NCBI GenBank assembly: GCA_964535715.1
Contig: CAZHUO010000002.1
Location: forward strand, 16,916-80,915
Direction of reading: 5' to 3'
DNA from: an uncultured Gammaproteobacteria bacterium
GTDB taxonomy: Bacteria; Patescibacteriota; Patescibacteriia; Buchananbacterales; UBA6539
Length of the DNA: 64,000 bases
How positions within the stretch are numbered: the stretch's first letter is position 1; each line of letters begins with the position of its first letter. Below, in pieces: positions 23,777 through 32,422 of this stretch. The notes under the pieces are model-generated. The model did not search any database. It was not told where the DNA came from and was given only the letters and a program-made list of their open reading frames with translations. The position numbers and the translations under genes were made by a program.

Positions 23777-24955
23777 ATGAATTTGTTTAAAATAAAAAAT
23801 GACCAGAAATTTATTTCTCAAGTTGTTGTCTTATCGATAATTTTCGGCTTTGCCGCCGGAGTGGTGGGGCAAATAGTATCAAACGTCTATTTTGATCCGT
23901 GGCAAAATAATTATATTTATCAAGACACATTGGCGTCTAATGCCAACCCGCTGAACAATGTCGAGCAGATCCCGGAGCTTAGGAGGATAGAGAGGTTTTT
24001 GGGCATTCAGCAGGATTTTGAAGTTAATAATTCAATCCAAAAAGCAAAACCGACAATGGTTGGAATTTATTTTAAAAAATCGCAGGCAACAAAGCCGATT
24101 GACCAGCTTTATTTGTCATCAGGCCTTAAAGCCAATGGCTTTATCTTAACAAATGACGGCTGGGTTATAACCTATGGCGATGTTTTCAAAAATGCAAAAA
24201 ATGAAGATTTTGTCGTAGCTTACGGTGAAAAAATATTTTCGGTTGAAAATATTGTCATTGATTCTGTTACCGGCGTTGTTTTCGTAAAAATTTCGGCCAC
24301 CAATCTGCCGGTGGTAATTTTAGGGGATTCAAAAGACATGACAAACGGCCAGCTTGGCATTGCTTTGAATTTTTTAGATGAAGTTTCTGTCACTAGTATT
24401 AAAAGCGTCAATTATTGGCCGGTATATTCCAAAGATGATTATATTTTATCATCGGAAGCATATAATAAATTATTTTTACTGGCAGATAATCTAGACGGCA
24501 ATTATGTCGGCGGTCCGTTAATTAATTTAGGCGGGGAATTAATAGGCATTATTAAGGAATTTGATTCTAAAAAAGGAGTTTCTACCGTTTTGCCGATAAA
24601 TCAATTTCGTTCGATAATTTTAGATGTGTTGAAAGATAATAAAATTACGAGACCTTATCTTGGGATTAAATATATTGATTTGTCACAATCTGTCGGCTTA
24701 AGCAACGAGTTAAGCCAAAATTTAAATAAGGGAGCGTTGGTTTATCAAAAGCCCGATTTAAATTCACCGGCAGCGGAAATTGGCATTGAACAGTATGACA
24801 TAATAGTTAGCGTTTATGGACAGCAGGTAAGCGAGGAAAATAATTTGGCTGAATTGCTTCAGCAGTATAAAGCTGGCGATAAAATCGAGCTGGAAATACT
24901 TCGCGGCAAAGAAACTATGGTTAAAAGTTTAGCTTTAAGCGCTTTGTCTGATTAG
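23777..24955 (+). CDS. HtrA/S1C-like protein with PDZ domain, catalytic triad apparently lost
   Basis: Positions aligning to TNxHV, DIAVLK and GNSGGPL read TYGDV, TGVVFVK and GNYVGGPL. The C-terminal PDZ-like region contains GDKIELEILRG. Confidence 0.65.
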   Translation: MNLFKIKNDQKFISQVVVLSIIFGFAAGVVGQIVSNVYFDPWQNNYIYQDTLASNANPLNNVEQIPELRRIERFLGIQQDFEVNNSIQKAKPTMVGIYFKKSQATKPIDQLYLSSGLKANGFILTNDGWVITYGDVFKNAKNEDFVVAYGEKIFSVENIVIDSVTGVVFVKISATNLPVVILGDSKDMTNGQLGIALNFLDEVSVTSIKSVNYWPVYSKDDYILSSEAYNKLFLLADNLDGNYVGGPLINLGGELIGIIKEFDSKKGVSTVLPINQFRSIILDVLKDNKITRPYLGIKYIDLSQSVGLSNELSQNLNKGALVYQKPDLNSPAAEIGIEQYDIIVSVYGQQVSEENNLAELLQQYKAGDKIELEILRGKETMVKSLALSALSD

Positions 24956-24968
24956 TTAAATAATTAAT

Positions 24969-24997
24969 TAAAAGACGCGGAAATTATTCCGCGCTTT
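24969..24997. terminator. Bidirectional intrinsic terminator
   Basis: aaaa-ga-CGCGGAA-atta-TTCCGCG-c-tttt, between convergent genes. Confidence 0.7.
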
Positions 24998-25025
24998 TGT
25001 TTATATAAGTTTTTTTTGTTGATAA

Positions 25026-25307
25026 TTAATTTTTGTTTTTTTCCGCAAGCAGCGGGTTAGGGGAATAAAGCTTATTTTTTATTTTCCACTTATCCACATA
25101 CTGGCCAATTCCGCTATTTGCCAATTTATTTTTTGCGGCGGTCTTTTTTTGTGACCACTCCAGAAGGCTAGAAAAATTGATTTTGTATCTCCCTTGAACT
25201 ACGATGTATTTTACTTCTTCGGATTTGATTATTCGTCTTATTGTTTTTTGATCAACTCCAAAAAGCCTTGAAGCTTCTGAAACCGATACTCTTATAACGT
25301 TTGGCAT
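25026..25307 (-). CDS. Excisionase-family helix-turn-helix DNA-binding protein
   Basis: VSVSEASRLFGVDQKTIRRIIKSEEVKYIVVQGRYKI. Confidence 0.65.
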   Translation of the reverse strand: MPNVIRVSVSEASRLFGVDQKTIRRIIKSEEVKYIVVQGRYKINFSSLLEWSQKKTAAKNKLANSGIGQYVDKWKIKNKLYSPNPLLAEKNKN

Positions 25308-25530
25308 AATTATATGTTAATTTTTTTAAATATGAAGGTGGTAGATATATAAATTTGGTATTTTGTCTAGAATAGTCTGGACAAAATTTATCATTTTAAT
25401 AATATAACATTATAAATAGATTGTCAACATTTAATTTGTTTAATATTTAACTTTATTACTTTATTTACAATATTACTATAATATTTATCGCTATAATGCC
25501 CATTATTCACATATTATTAACTTATTTCTC

Positions 25531-25559
25531 TTGACTTAAAAATGGAAAATCGTTATATT
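25531..25559 (+). promoter_or_regulatory. Candidate promoter of the ECF sigma operon
   Basis: TTGACT (25531-25536), 17 nt, TATATT (25554-25559). Confidence 0.45.
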
Positions 25560-25614
25560 AGAATCTATTGTTGTAACAATTATTAACTTTTTGCGTCATA
25601 ATTATTGTAACCTA

Positions 25615-26178
25615 ATGAAACCTTTGAAATTCAATGAAAAACTGATTTTACTGAAGCTGAAAAAAAAGGATCCGGAAGCATTTTCTCAAATATATGATCT
25701 GTATGTGACTCCGATATATAGGTTCATTTATTTTAAGGTTGCTACTCGTCAGGATGCGGAGGATTTGACATCGGAAGCTTTTTTAAAAGTTTGGCAATAT
25801 ATTGCTGAAACAGAAAATGAAGTTGAAAATTTAAGAGCTTTTCTTTACAAGACCGCACGCAATTTGGTGATAGATTTTTATCGCCGCAATGCCAAAAGAG
25901 ATATTACCCAGGACATTGAAGTATTGAGCTCCGTACAAGATGAAAGGCAGCAAGATCTTTTATCCAGGATTGAAACCAAGATTGATATGGAAAATATGGA
26001 AACGATTTTGCGCAAGATGAAAGATGAATATCGGGAAATTATAATTTTACGCTACATTGAAGAACTTTCAATCAATGAAATTGCAAAAGTTCTGGAACGT
26101 TCAAAAGGTTCAGCCAGAGTTTTGCTTCATCGGGCATTGAAAGTCGCCAGAGAATTGCTTAAAAAAAATGGAAAATAA
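25615..26178 (+). CDS. ECF-type RNA polymerase sigma-70 family factor
   Basis: Region 2 DAEDLTSEAFLKVW and region 4 ELSINEIAKVLERSKGSARVLLHRA. I prefer ATG 25615 over the track's TTG 25591. Confidence 0.85.
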   Translation: MKPLKFNEKLILLKLKKKDPEAFSQIYDLYVTPIYRFIYFKVATRQDAEDLTSEAFLKVWQYIAETENEVENLRAFLYKTARNLVIDFYRRNAKRDITQDIEVLSSVQDERQQDLLSRIETKIDMENMETILRKMKDEYREIIILRYIEELSINEIAKVLERSKGSARVLLHRALKVARELLKKNGK

Positions 26179-27052
26179 AATACTCATCAAAGAGATTAAA
26201 AAATTAAGAAAAGAAATTACCCCATCTGAAACATGGGTTAATTTTAGTAAGAGCAGTTTATTAAAGCAAATCAATCCGCAAAATCAATATCATGAAGAAA
26301 AAATCGGTTTGGGGGGATATCTTTATTTATTTACCAATACGTTCCGCCAAACGCTTTTGCAGCCGGCAATAATGATGCTTATGGTTTTAGTTACATTTTT
26401 AGGAAGCAGTCTGTCAATCAATGCCGCTTTTTACAGTCTGCCTGGCGAGTACTTATATAATGTTAAGCTGGCGCTTGAGAAAACTCATATGGCTTTGACT
26501 CCGCAAGAGCAAAAAGCTCAGCTTCAGGTTGAATTTGTCCAAAAGCGGGTTTTGGAGTTTGAAAAGATTGTTTCTCAGCCAGACATTGAGCCTCAGGAGA
26601 TGAAAAGAAGAATTCAAACCGTTGCCAAAGAATTTAAAAATAATATTTCCAATGTAAATAATCAGCTGGCGATAATCAGCCAGAATATGAATAGTACCGA
26701 AATCGGAGATGATGTTTTGGCTCAGGATAAGGAAAAAACTTTGCAAATGGCGGTATCGGTAAGCGAAAAAACGAAAGAATTAGTTAAAACATTCGGTGAT
26801 AAAGTAAATTCGCTTCCGCAAGAGGATTTGACTGAGCTTGAAAATATAGTTATTGATGTCGCTCAGACTGTCGAGGATGTAAATAATTCAGCCGAACAAT
26901 TATCCGGTGATAAAGATAATCCGGCAGATGAAAGCGCTGCCCAGCAGGGAGAAGTTAAAGGAGCTGAAAACACTGATGAAAATAAAATAGAAAATACCGC
27001 AAATACTGAAGCGGAAAAAACCAATGATCAGGATTTAGAAGCTAGTAATTAA
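26168..27052 (+). CDS. Putative anti-sigma / DUF5667-like membrane protein
   Basis: Overlaps the sigma gene stop. One TM segment (PAIMMLMVLVTFLGSSL) and an acidic coiled C-terminus. Confidence 0.5.
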   Translation: MENKILIKEIKKLRKEITPSETWVNFSKSSLLKQINPQNQYHEEKIGLGGYLYLFTNTFRQTLLQPAIMMLMVLVTFLGSSLSINAAFYSLPGEYLYNVKLALEKTHMALTPQEQKAQLQVEFVQKRVLEFEKIVSQPDIEPQEMKRRIQTVAKEFKNNISNVNNQLAIISQNMNSTEIGDDVLAQDKEKTLQMAVSVSEKTKELVKTFGDKVNSLPQEDLTELENIVIDVAQTVEDVNNSAEQLSGDKDNPADESAAQQGEVKGAENTDENKIENTANTEAEKTNDQDLEASN

Positions 27053-27311
27053 TTTATTTTAAACCCAACCAAGTTTTAATATAAAGTTGGGAGTTAATTA
27101 GTTCATTAATACTTTTTTGGAGAATTAGGGTCTGAGTTCCCTTGAATTTTTTAGGCAAAGGCCGACTCAATGAGTTGAGGTCTAAAAAACTAAAGGCGAT
27201 CAGGACTTAGGCAGCTTTAAAAAGCTCAGTGATATTGTTAGGTTCGCCTAGGCGTAGCAAGATCACTTGCCTAACCAGAAAAACTAATGAATTAAGAAAG
27301 GAAAATTAAAC

Positions 27312-30300
27312 ATGAAAAAATTATTAACCTACAGCCTGGTAATCACTACCATTGTATGGTCTGTCGGTTTAATCGCAATGCCTTTGGGAGTTGCGGCTGT
27401 TTCTTCTGGAAGCCTTATTAAAAAGGCTGACAGTCCAGCTGTCTACTACTTGGGTGCAGATGGAAAGAGATATGCTTTCCCGCGATCTGAAATCTACATG
27501 ACCTGGTATAGCAACTATTCCGGCGTAGAAGTTGTAAGCGATGAAGTTTTCAACTCTTATGCTTATGGTGGCAGTGTATTCCCGAAACCGGGCGTTAAAT
27601 TGGTTCAATTCGTCGATGGTGAAACACCATGGCACGTTTTGGATCCAAAAGTATATGCAGTTGCCGGTGATGGCGTCTTAAGACACATTACCACTGCTGA
27701 AGCTGCTGTAAGTATATTTGGTGCAAACTGGGAAACAATGATCATCCCGATTATTGAATTGCTTGCTTCTGAATACACTTTCGGCGCAGACATTGTTTCT
27801 GCTTCTGATTTCGACAAAGCTGCAGAAACTGCCGAATCTTCCACAATTAATGAAAATCAGAATTTAGGTGGAGTAGTTTCCGGCGGAACAAGCTTGACCG
27901 TTTCTTTAGCTGCTGACACCCCGGCTTCCGGGATTGTCGTTGCCAATGCCGGCCGAGTTCCATACACCAAAGTTAATCTAACCGCTTCAGCCGATGGTGA
28001 CATCACTATTGACAGTTGGGTAGTTTTAAGAGCCGGTTTAGCCCAGGATGCCGCTTTTTCAAGCGTTGACATCTTAGACGGCGCAACCATGCTTCCGATT
28101 AACGAAACCGGAAAAACCTTCAATTCAACCCACAAAGCTAACTTTACTGAAGATTTTGTTATTCCAGCCGGAACAACCAGATCGATTTATTTAGCCGGTA
28201 ATATGGGTGCCACAGGATCATATGCTGGTGAGACTCCGGCTTTAGCTTTGGAATCAGTTGTCTTAAAGAGCGGTGGTGCAGTTATTGGTTCATTGCCGAT
28301 TACCGGTAATTACCAGACTGTAAACGGTACCATTACTATTGGTACTGCCACTGTCAGCAGAGGTGCATACACCAATGCCACTGACACAACCTTGGAAGTT
28401 GGAAAAACCGCTTACACCTTTTTCTCTTTCAAGATTGAAAATGGTTCTGCTGAAAAAGTATCTTTCAGCAATATAAAAGTTTATCAAAAAGGCAGCGCTT
28501 CTTTGAGCACTGACTTGGATAACTTGGCTTTGTACCAGGATGGCACAAAGGTTGCTGACGGAACAGTTTCCGGCAATTATATCACATTTGTTTTCACCCC
28601 GATTGCTTTTGAAAAGGGTGCAACCAAACAGTATCAGGTAAAAGGCGATATAATTTCCGGCTCTGCCAGGGTTATTGAGCTTGGTATTTACCGCTCAACC
28701 GACCTTTTGGTAAAAGGTGAAACTTACGGTTATAACATTACTCCTACATATAGCGGAACCGGATCTTCTTCAAGCAACCCGGTTTTACAGGACAATGAAT
28801 TTACTGTTTCTCAAGGAACATTTAGAGTCGGTCGATCAAGCACTGTTGGTTCTGAAAACATCGCTGTTGGCGACAATCAGACTTTAGGAGCCTTTGAATT
28901 AGAAGCCAAAGGCGAACCGATTATCGTTTCTGCTTTAACTTTGACTATTGTGTCTTCAACTGTTGGTGCAACCATTCTTGAAGATGCTTTGCAGTCAGTT
29001 AAATTAGTTGATGCTTCCGGAGCTACTGTTGCCGGTCCAACTGATGTTACAAACAACGCTTTAACAGTTGCTTTCACTGATTCATTTACTGTTCCTGTTG
29101 GAGTAAATCATTATAAAGTAGTTGGTAATATTGCTACTAATGGCGGCTGGATCTCAAATAATACTATTTATGCAAAGATTTCCACCCCGGCCACAGCCAT
29201 TACTGCTAAAGGAGAAAATACCGGTTTAAGCATTACCCCAACACCGGCTGCAGACATTACTACTGCCACTCAAACAGTTAAAGCCGCAAATGTAACAGTC
29301 AGCAAGAATTCAACTCCAACCAATAAATCTGTTATTACTAACAGTACCGGAGTTTTAATCGGCAGCTGGTCATTTGATGCAAGTAATTCAGGTGAAGACA
29401 TCAGAATTACCTCAATTGCAATCAAGGCTTCAAGTACCGGCAAGTTGAATAATCTAACCTTAAAAGATGGCTCAACTGCTTTAGATCCGACAAACGATGC
29501 TGTCACTGCAACAACTATTGCTGCTCCGACAACTTCTACCTTTGCTTTATCAGAACCGATTATAATCACTAAAGGCACTTCAAAGACAATTAACCTTTAC
29601 GCTGATATTGGTTCAGATGCATTACAAGGTGAAGTGGATGCTTGGGGCATTACCTCAGGCGCCGCAGTAACTGCTTATGGCGTCACTACTGGTAATTCCG
29701 CCAATGTTTCTGTCACTGCAAGCGATGGTGCATTAGTTACAATTGCAACAGCCGGTACTATTGAATTTCTTGAACATGCAGACTCATTAACACAACGCTT
29801 AGTTGTTGATGGCTCTACTGCCCAGGCCTTGACTGATATGAAAGTTAAAGCTACCAATGAAGATGTAGATATTACTAGTTTAACTATCTATGTCCAAGAT
29901 GGTGGTTTAACCGGTACCGGAGCTGGCAGCTATACCCAGTTATCAAAGGTATATCTTAAATTGGATGGTACAATTGTCGGCAACGTTGATGGTTATAACA
30001 TGGCCGACGCTTCAAAATTAATCAATCTTGAAAGAGGCCAATTAACCATTCCAAAAGGCGATGCTGGTAAAAAATTAAGCATTTTAGGCGATATAGTTGA
30101 AATCGGAACCGGTGAGCCGGGAACTGAAGCTGTTGATATCAAAGTCGGCATTTCTGATCCTGCCACCACTGTTGGTGCAGGTTCTAATGCCAGTGCAGCA
30201 AGGACTTATACAGACGCTTCCGGTTCAGCCGTCATCATTCATGAAGCTGTACCGCAAGTTGCAATCGTTCCGGTAGCAACATTTGGTGGTAGTTTGGCTT

Positions 30301-30881
30301 CCGGGCATCTTCACAGAACCAATATCACAGCAGTCGGCGGTCCTATTGGCATCTGGAGAATGTCTTATGAAGTAACTACCAATACCGCAACTCTTGATGC
30401 TAATACTGCCTATTTGTATTGTGCTTCAGGTTGCAGCGGTATACCAAATGGTACTCAATTATCCGCTACTTCTGATGGTGCCGACGTTGAAGCCCAATCC
30501 CGTGAAAACTTTTTCCTAGAAGTCGATTCCTCTTTTGCTAACAGCAAATCATACGTTCAGATTGCTGAGAACGCAACTGCGGTAATTGACCTTTATGCAA
30601 CTATTTCCGGCCAAAGTACTACTCAAGTTGATAGTGCTGTTGTCAGATTGTTGGGCGACCAAGCTACAACTACAGCTGACAATTTAACCGGTAATGCCGC
30701 TACTACATCAGTCTGGGGTGAAACCGATCAAGTTCATAATAACTTCATCTGGTCATCTCTGTACTCAGACAGCAGTAATTCCGCAGCTGCTTTAGCTGCT
30801 GAACAATGGTTTAATGGTTATTTGGTGAGCGGTATGGGAACAGCAGTCAGTACTACACCTATTAGTATCCCGGAATCATAA
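27312..30881 (+). CDS. Large secreted surface (S-layer-like) protein, Thr/Ser/Ala/Gly-rich with repeated beta-rich modules
   Basis: 1189 aa. Signal peptide MKKLLTYSLVITTIVWSVGLIAMPLGVAA. N-terminal SPAVYYLGADGKRYAFP module. SD-like AAAGGA upstream. About 260-nt leader. Confidence 0.75.
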   Translation: MKKLLTYSLVITTIVWSVGLIAMPLGVAAVSSGSLIKKADSPAVYYLGADGKRYAFPRSEIYMTWYSNYSGVEVVSDEVFNSYAYGGSVFPKPGVKLVQFVDGETPWHVLDPKVYAVAGDGVLRHITTAEAAVSIFGANWETMIIPIIELLASEYTFGADIVSASDFDKAAETAESSTINENQNLGGVVSGGTSLTVSLAADTPASGIVVANAGRVPYTKVNLTASADGDITIDSWVVLRAGLAQDAAFSSVDILDGATMLPINETGKTFNSTHKANFTEDFVIPAGTTRSIYLAGNMGATGSYAGETPALALESVVLKSGGAVIGSLPITGNYQTVNGTITIGTATVSRGAYTNATDTTLEVGKTAYTFFSFKIENGSAEKVSFSNIKVYQKGSASLSTDLDNLALYQDGTKVADGTVSGNYITFVFTPIAFEKGATKQYQVKGDIISGSARVIELGIYRSTDLLVKGETYGYNITPTYSGTGSSSSNPVLQDNEFTVSQGTFRVGRSSTVGSENIAVGDNQTLGAFELEAKGEPIIVSALTLTIVSSTVGATILEDALQSVKLVDASGATVAGPTDVTNNALTVAFTDSFTVPVGVNHYKVVGNIATNGGWISNNTIYAKISTPATAITAKGENTGLSITPTPAADITTATQTVKAANVTVSKNSTPTNKSVITNSTGVLIGSWSFDASNSGEDIRITSIAIKASSTGKLNNLTLKDGSTALDPTNDAVTATTIAAPTTSTFALSEPIIITKGTSKTINLYADIGSDALQGEVDAWGITSGAAVTAYGVTTGNSANVSVTASDGALVTIATAGTIEFLEHADSLTQRLVVDGSTAQALTDMKVKATNEDVDITSLTIYVQDGGLTGTGAGSYTQLSKVYLKLDGTIVGNVDGYNMADASKLINLERGQLTIPKGDAGKKLSILGDIVEIGTGEPGTEAVDIKVGISDPATTVGAGSNASAARTYTDASGSAVIIHEAVPQVAIVPVATFGGSLASGHLHRTNITAVGGPIGIWRMSYEVTTNTATLDANTAYLYCASGCSGIPNGTQLSATSDGADVEAQSRENFFLEVDSSFANSKSYVQIAENATAVIDLYATISGQSTTQVDSAVVRLLGDQATTTADNLTGNAATTSVWGETDQVHNNFIWSSLYSDSSNSAAALAAEQWFNGYLVSGMGTAVSTTPISIPES

Positions 30882-30934
30882 TAAGATTTTCGCGATCCGA
30901 TATAGATTCTTATAGATAAAATTTCTATAGGATG

Positions 30935-30988
30935 AATAAAATCAAGAAGCCCTGCCAAAAGCGGGGCTCTTGATTTTATTGGGTTTTT
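30935..30988 (+). terminator. Strong intrinsic terminator after the surface-protein gene
   Basis: AATAAAATCAAGAAGCCCTGC-caaaa-GCGGGGCTCTTGATTTTATT, followed by gggttttt. Confidence 0.8.
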
Positions 30989-31007
30989 GGGTTAAAATGA
31001 GGACATA

Positions 31008-31210
31008 TTGTCATTCTGAATTTATTACTGCTTTGTCATCCTGAATTCATTTCAGGATCCAGTAAAGCCTAGAGTGACAAGTCTAGAAAAAAAGCACCCC
31101 CTTTGTCATCCTGAAATTGGTTCAGGATCTGGAAAAGTCTAGAAAGCACCTCCTTGTCATTTCGAGCGACTCACCGAAGCCTAAAAGGCGGAGGTGAGGA
31201 GTCGAGAAAT
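31008..31210 (+). repeat. Array of four TTGTCAT(C/T)(C/T)(C/T)GA(A/G) hairpin repeats upstream of the GIY-YIG gene
   Basis: Copies at 31008, 31033, 31103 and 31154. Hairpins ATCCTGAA-n5-TTCAGGAT occur twice. TTTCGAGCGACTCACC...GGTGAGGAGTCGAGAAA also forms a hairpin. Confidence 0.75.
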
Positions 31211-31224
31211 CCCACACGTAAATT

Positions 31225-31521
31225 ATGCAAGAAAAAGAATACTATACATATATCATGATGAACAGGTGGAACACGGTTTCTTATGTCGGAATAAGCGGCG
31301 ATCTTTCCTTTAGGGTTTGGCAGCACAAAGAAAAGGTAAATGAAGGTTTTACTAAAAAATACAACATCAATAAGTTAGTTTATTATGAAACCTATGATAA
31401 TCCCGATGACGCCATTGTCAGAGAAAAACAGTTGAAACGGTGGAACAGAAAGAAAAAGGTTGATTTAATAAAAAAAGAAAATCCTGAATTTAAGGACTTA
31501 TCGGATGGTTGGGAGGTGTGA
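31225..31521 (+). CDS. GIY-YIG nuclease family protein
   Basis: YYTYIMMNRWNTVSYVGISGDLSFRVWQHK...AIVREKQLKRWNRKKK. Confidence 0.8.
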   Translation: MQEKEYYTYIMMNRWNTVSYVGISGDLSFRVWQHKEKVNEGFTKKYNINKLVYYETYDNPDDAIVREKQLKRWNRKKKVDLIKKENPEFKDLSDGWEV

Positions 31522-31558
31522 GATCTCTCCACTCCTCTTTTAAATAAAACAAAGTCGT

Positions 31559-31632
31559 CGGTCGAGATGACTAAGCGAGAGATTTTTTTCAGCCCTAGCT
31601 AATGGGATTCTTAAACTAGTTCAGAGTGGCAA
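31559..31632 (-). repeat. Inverted copies of the TTGTCAT-type repeat downstream of the GIY-YIG gene
   Basis: The reverse complement of 31559-31573 (TAGTCATCTCGACCG) matches TTGTCATTTCGAGCG at 12 of 15. The reverse complement of 31620-31632 (TTGCCACTCTGAA) matches TTGTCATCCTGAA at 10 of 13. Confidence 0.55.
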
Positions 31633-31677
31633 TAAAGAAAATAAAGCCTCTAAATTTAATCCTTAATCCTTACAAAA

Positions 31678-32421
31678 ATGTCTGAGAAAAAAAGAAAAAT
31701 AATTATATCTTTAGCTGTTGCTTTTGGCATTATTTTAATTATCGCCGGTCTGCTTTTTTATTATCAGAAGCAGGGAATGATAAAAATATTTCCAACCAAA
31801 GAAGAAAAAGAAATTGCCAAAATTTTGGAAATTGACAGAGAAAAGCTTCGTCCGGCTCAGGATTTATCGCAAGAAGATTTTGAAAAGATAATTAAAGAGC
31901 TTGAAAAAGAGAAAGAAAATGTTTTGTCAGATCCAAAAAGCGCAACCGCCTGGCATGAATTTGCAATCCTTAAAAATTTTTTAAACGATCACCAAGGCGC
32001 TGTTGAAGCCTGGGAAATGTCTTTTGAGATTCAGCCAAATAATTTTAGAACGGCGTTGAATTTGGCAAATACTTGTCAGTATTTTGTAAAAGATTATCCA
32101 AAAGCCGAGTACTATTACAGAAAAGTTTTAGAATTACAGCCCCAATTAACCTCGGCATTTGACGGACTAATGGATCTTTATCGCTATAATTATAAAGAAA
32201 AGCAAAGTGAATACGAGCCATTGGTTTTGCAGGGAATTGAAAATGATCAGGCTAATGCCGCGGCTTATTATTCGAGCCTGATTGGGTTTTTTATGTCAGA
32301 AGAGACATCAAATGAAGAAAAGGCCGTCAAGTATTGGGAAAAGCTTAATAGTATTGATTCAGTCAAAGCTGAAGCGGCTTTTGATTCTTATCCAAAACTT
32401 AAAGAACTAGTAGAAAAATAG
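31678..32421 (+). CDS. Membrane-anchored TPR repeat protein
   Basis: N-terminal TM segment. TPR-like AWHEFAILKNFLNDHQGAVEAWEMSFEIQPNN and AEYYYRKVLELQP. Confidence 0.65.
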   Translation: MSEKKRKIIISLAVAFGIILIIAGLLFYYQKQGMIKIFPTKEEKEIAKILEIDREKLRPAQDLSQEDFEKIIKELEKEKENVLSDPKSATAWHEFAILKNFLNDHQGAVEAWEMSFEIQPNNFRTALNLANTCQYFVKDYPKAEYYYRKVLELQPQLTSAFDGLMDLYRYNYKEKQSEYEPLVLQGIENDQANAAAYYSSLIGFFMSEETSNEEKAVKYWEKLNSIDSVKAEAAFDSYPKLKELVEK

Positions 32422-32422
32422 T

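Noticed and set aside
27369-29857. Seven minus-strand ORFs of 60-102 codons inside the 1189-aa surface-protein gene.
   Set aside because: They are antisense shadows of a compositionally biased (Ala/Thr/Gly/Ser codon-rich) long CDS. None has independent signals.
31008-31215. Possible CRISPR array suggested by repeated TTGTCATCCTGAA units.
   Set aside because: Only about four degenerate copies with irregular spacing (25, 70 and 51 bp). The units are themselves hairpins with shared 'spacer' sequence. No cas genes are present in the window.
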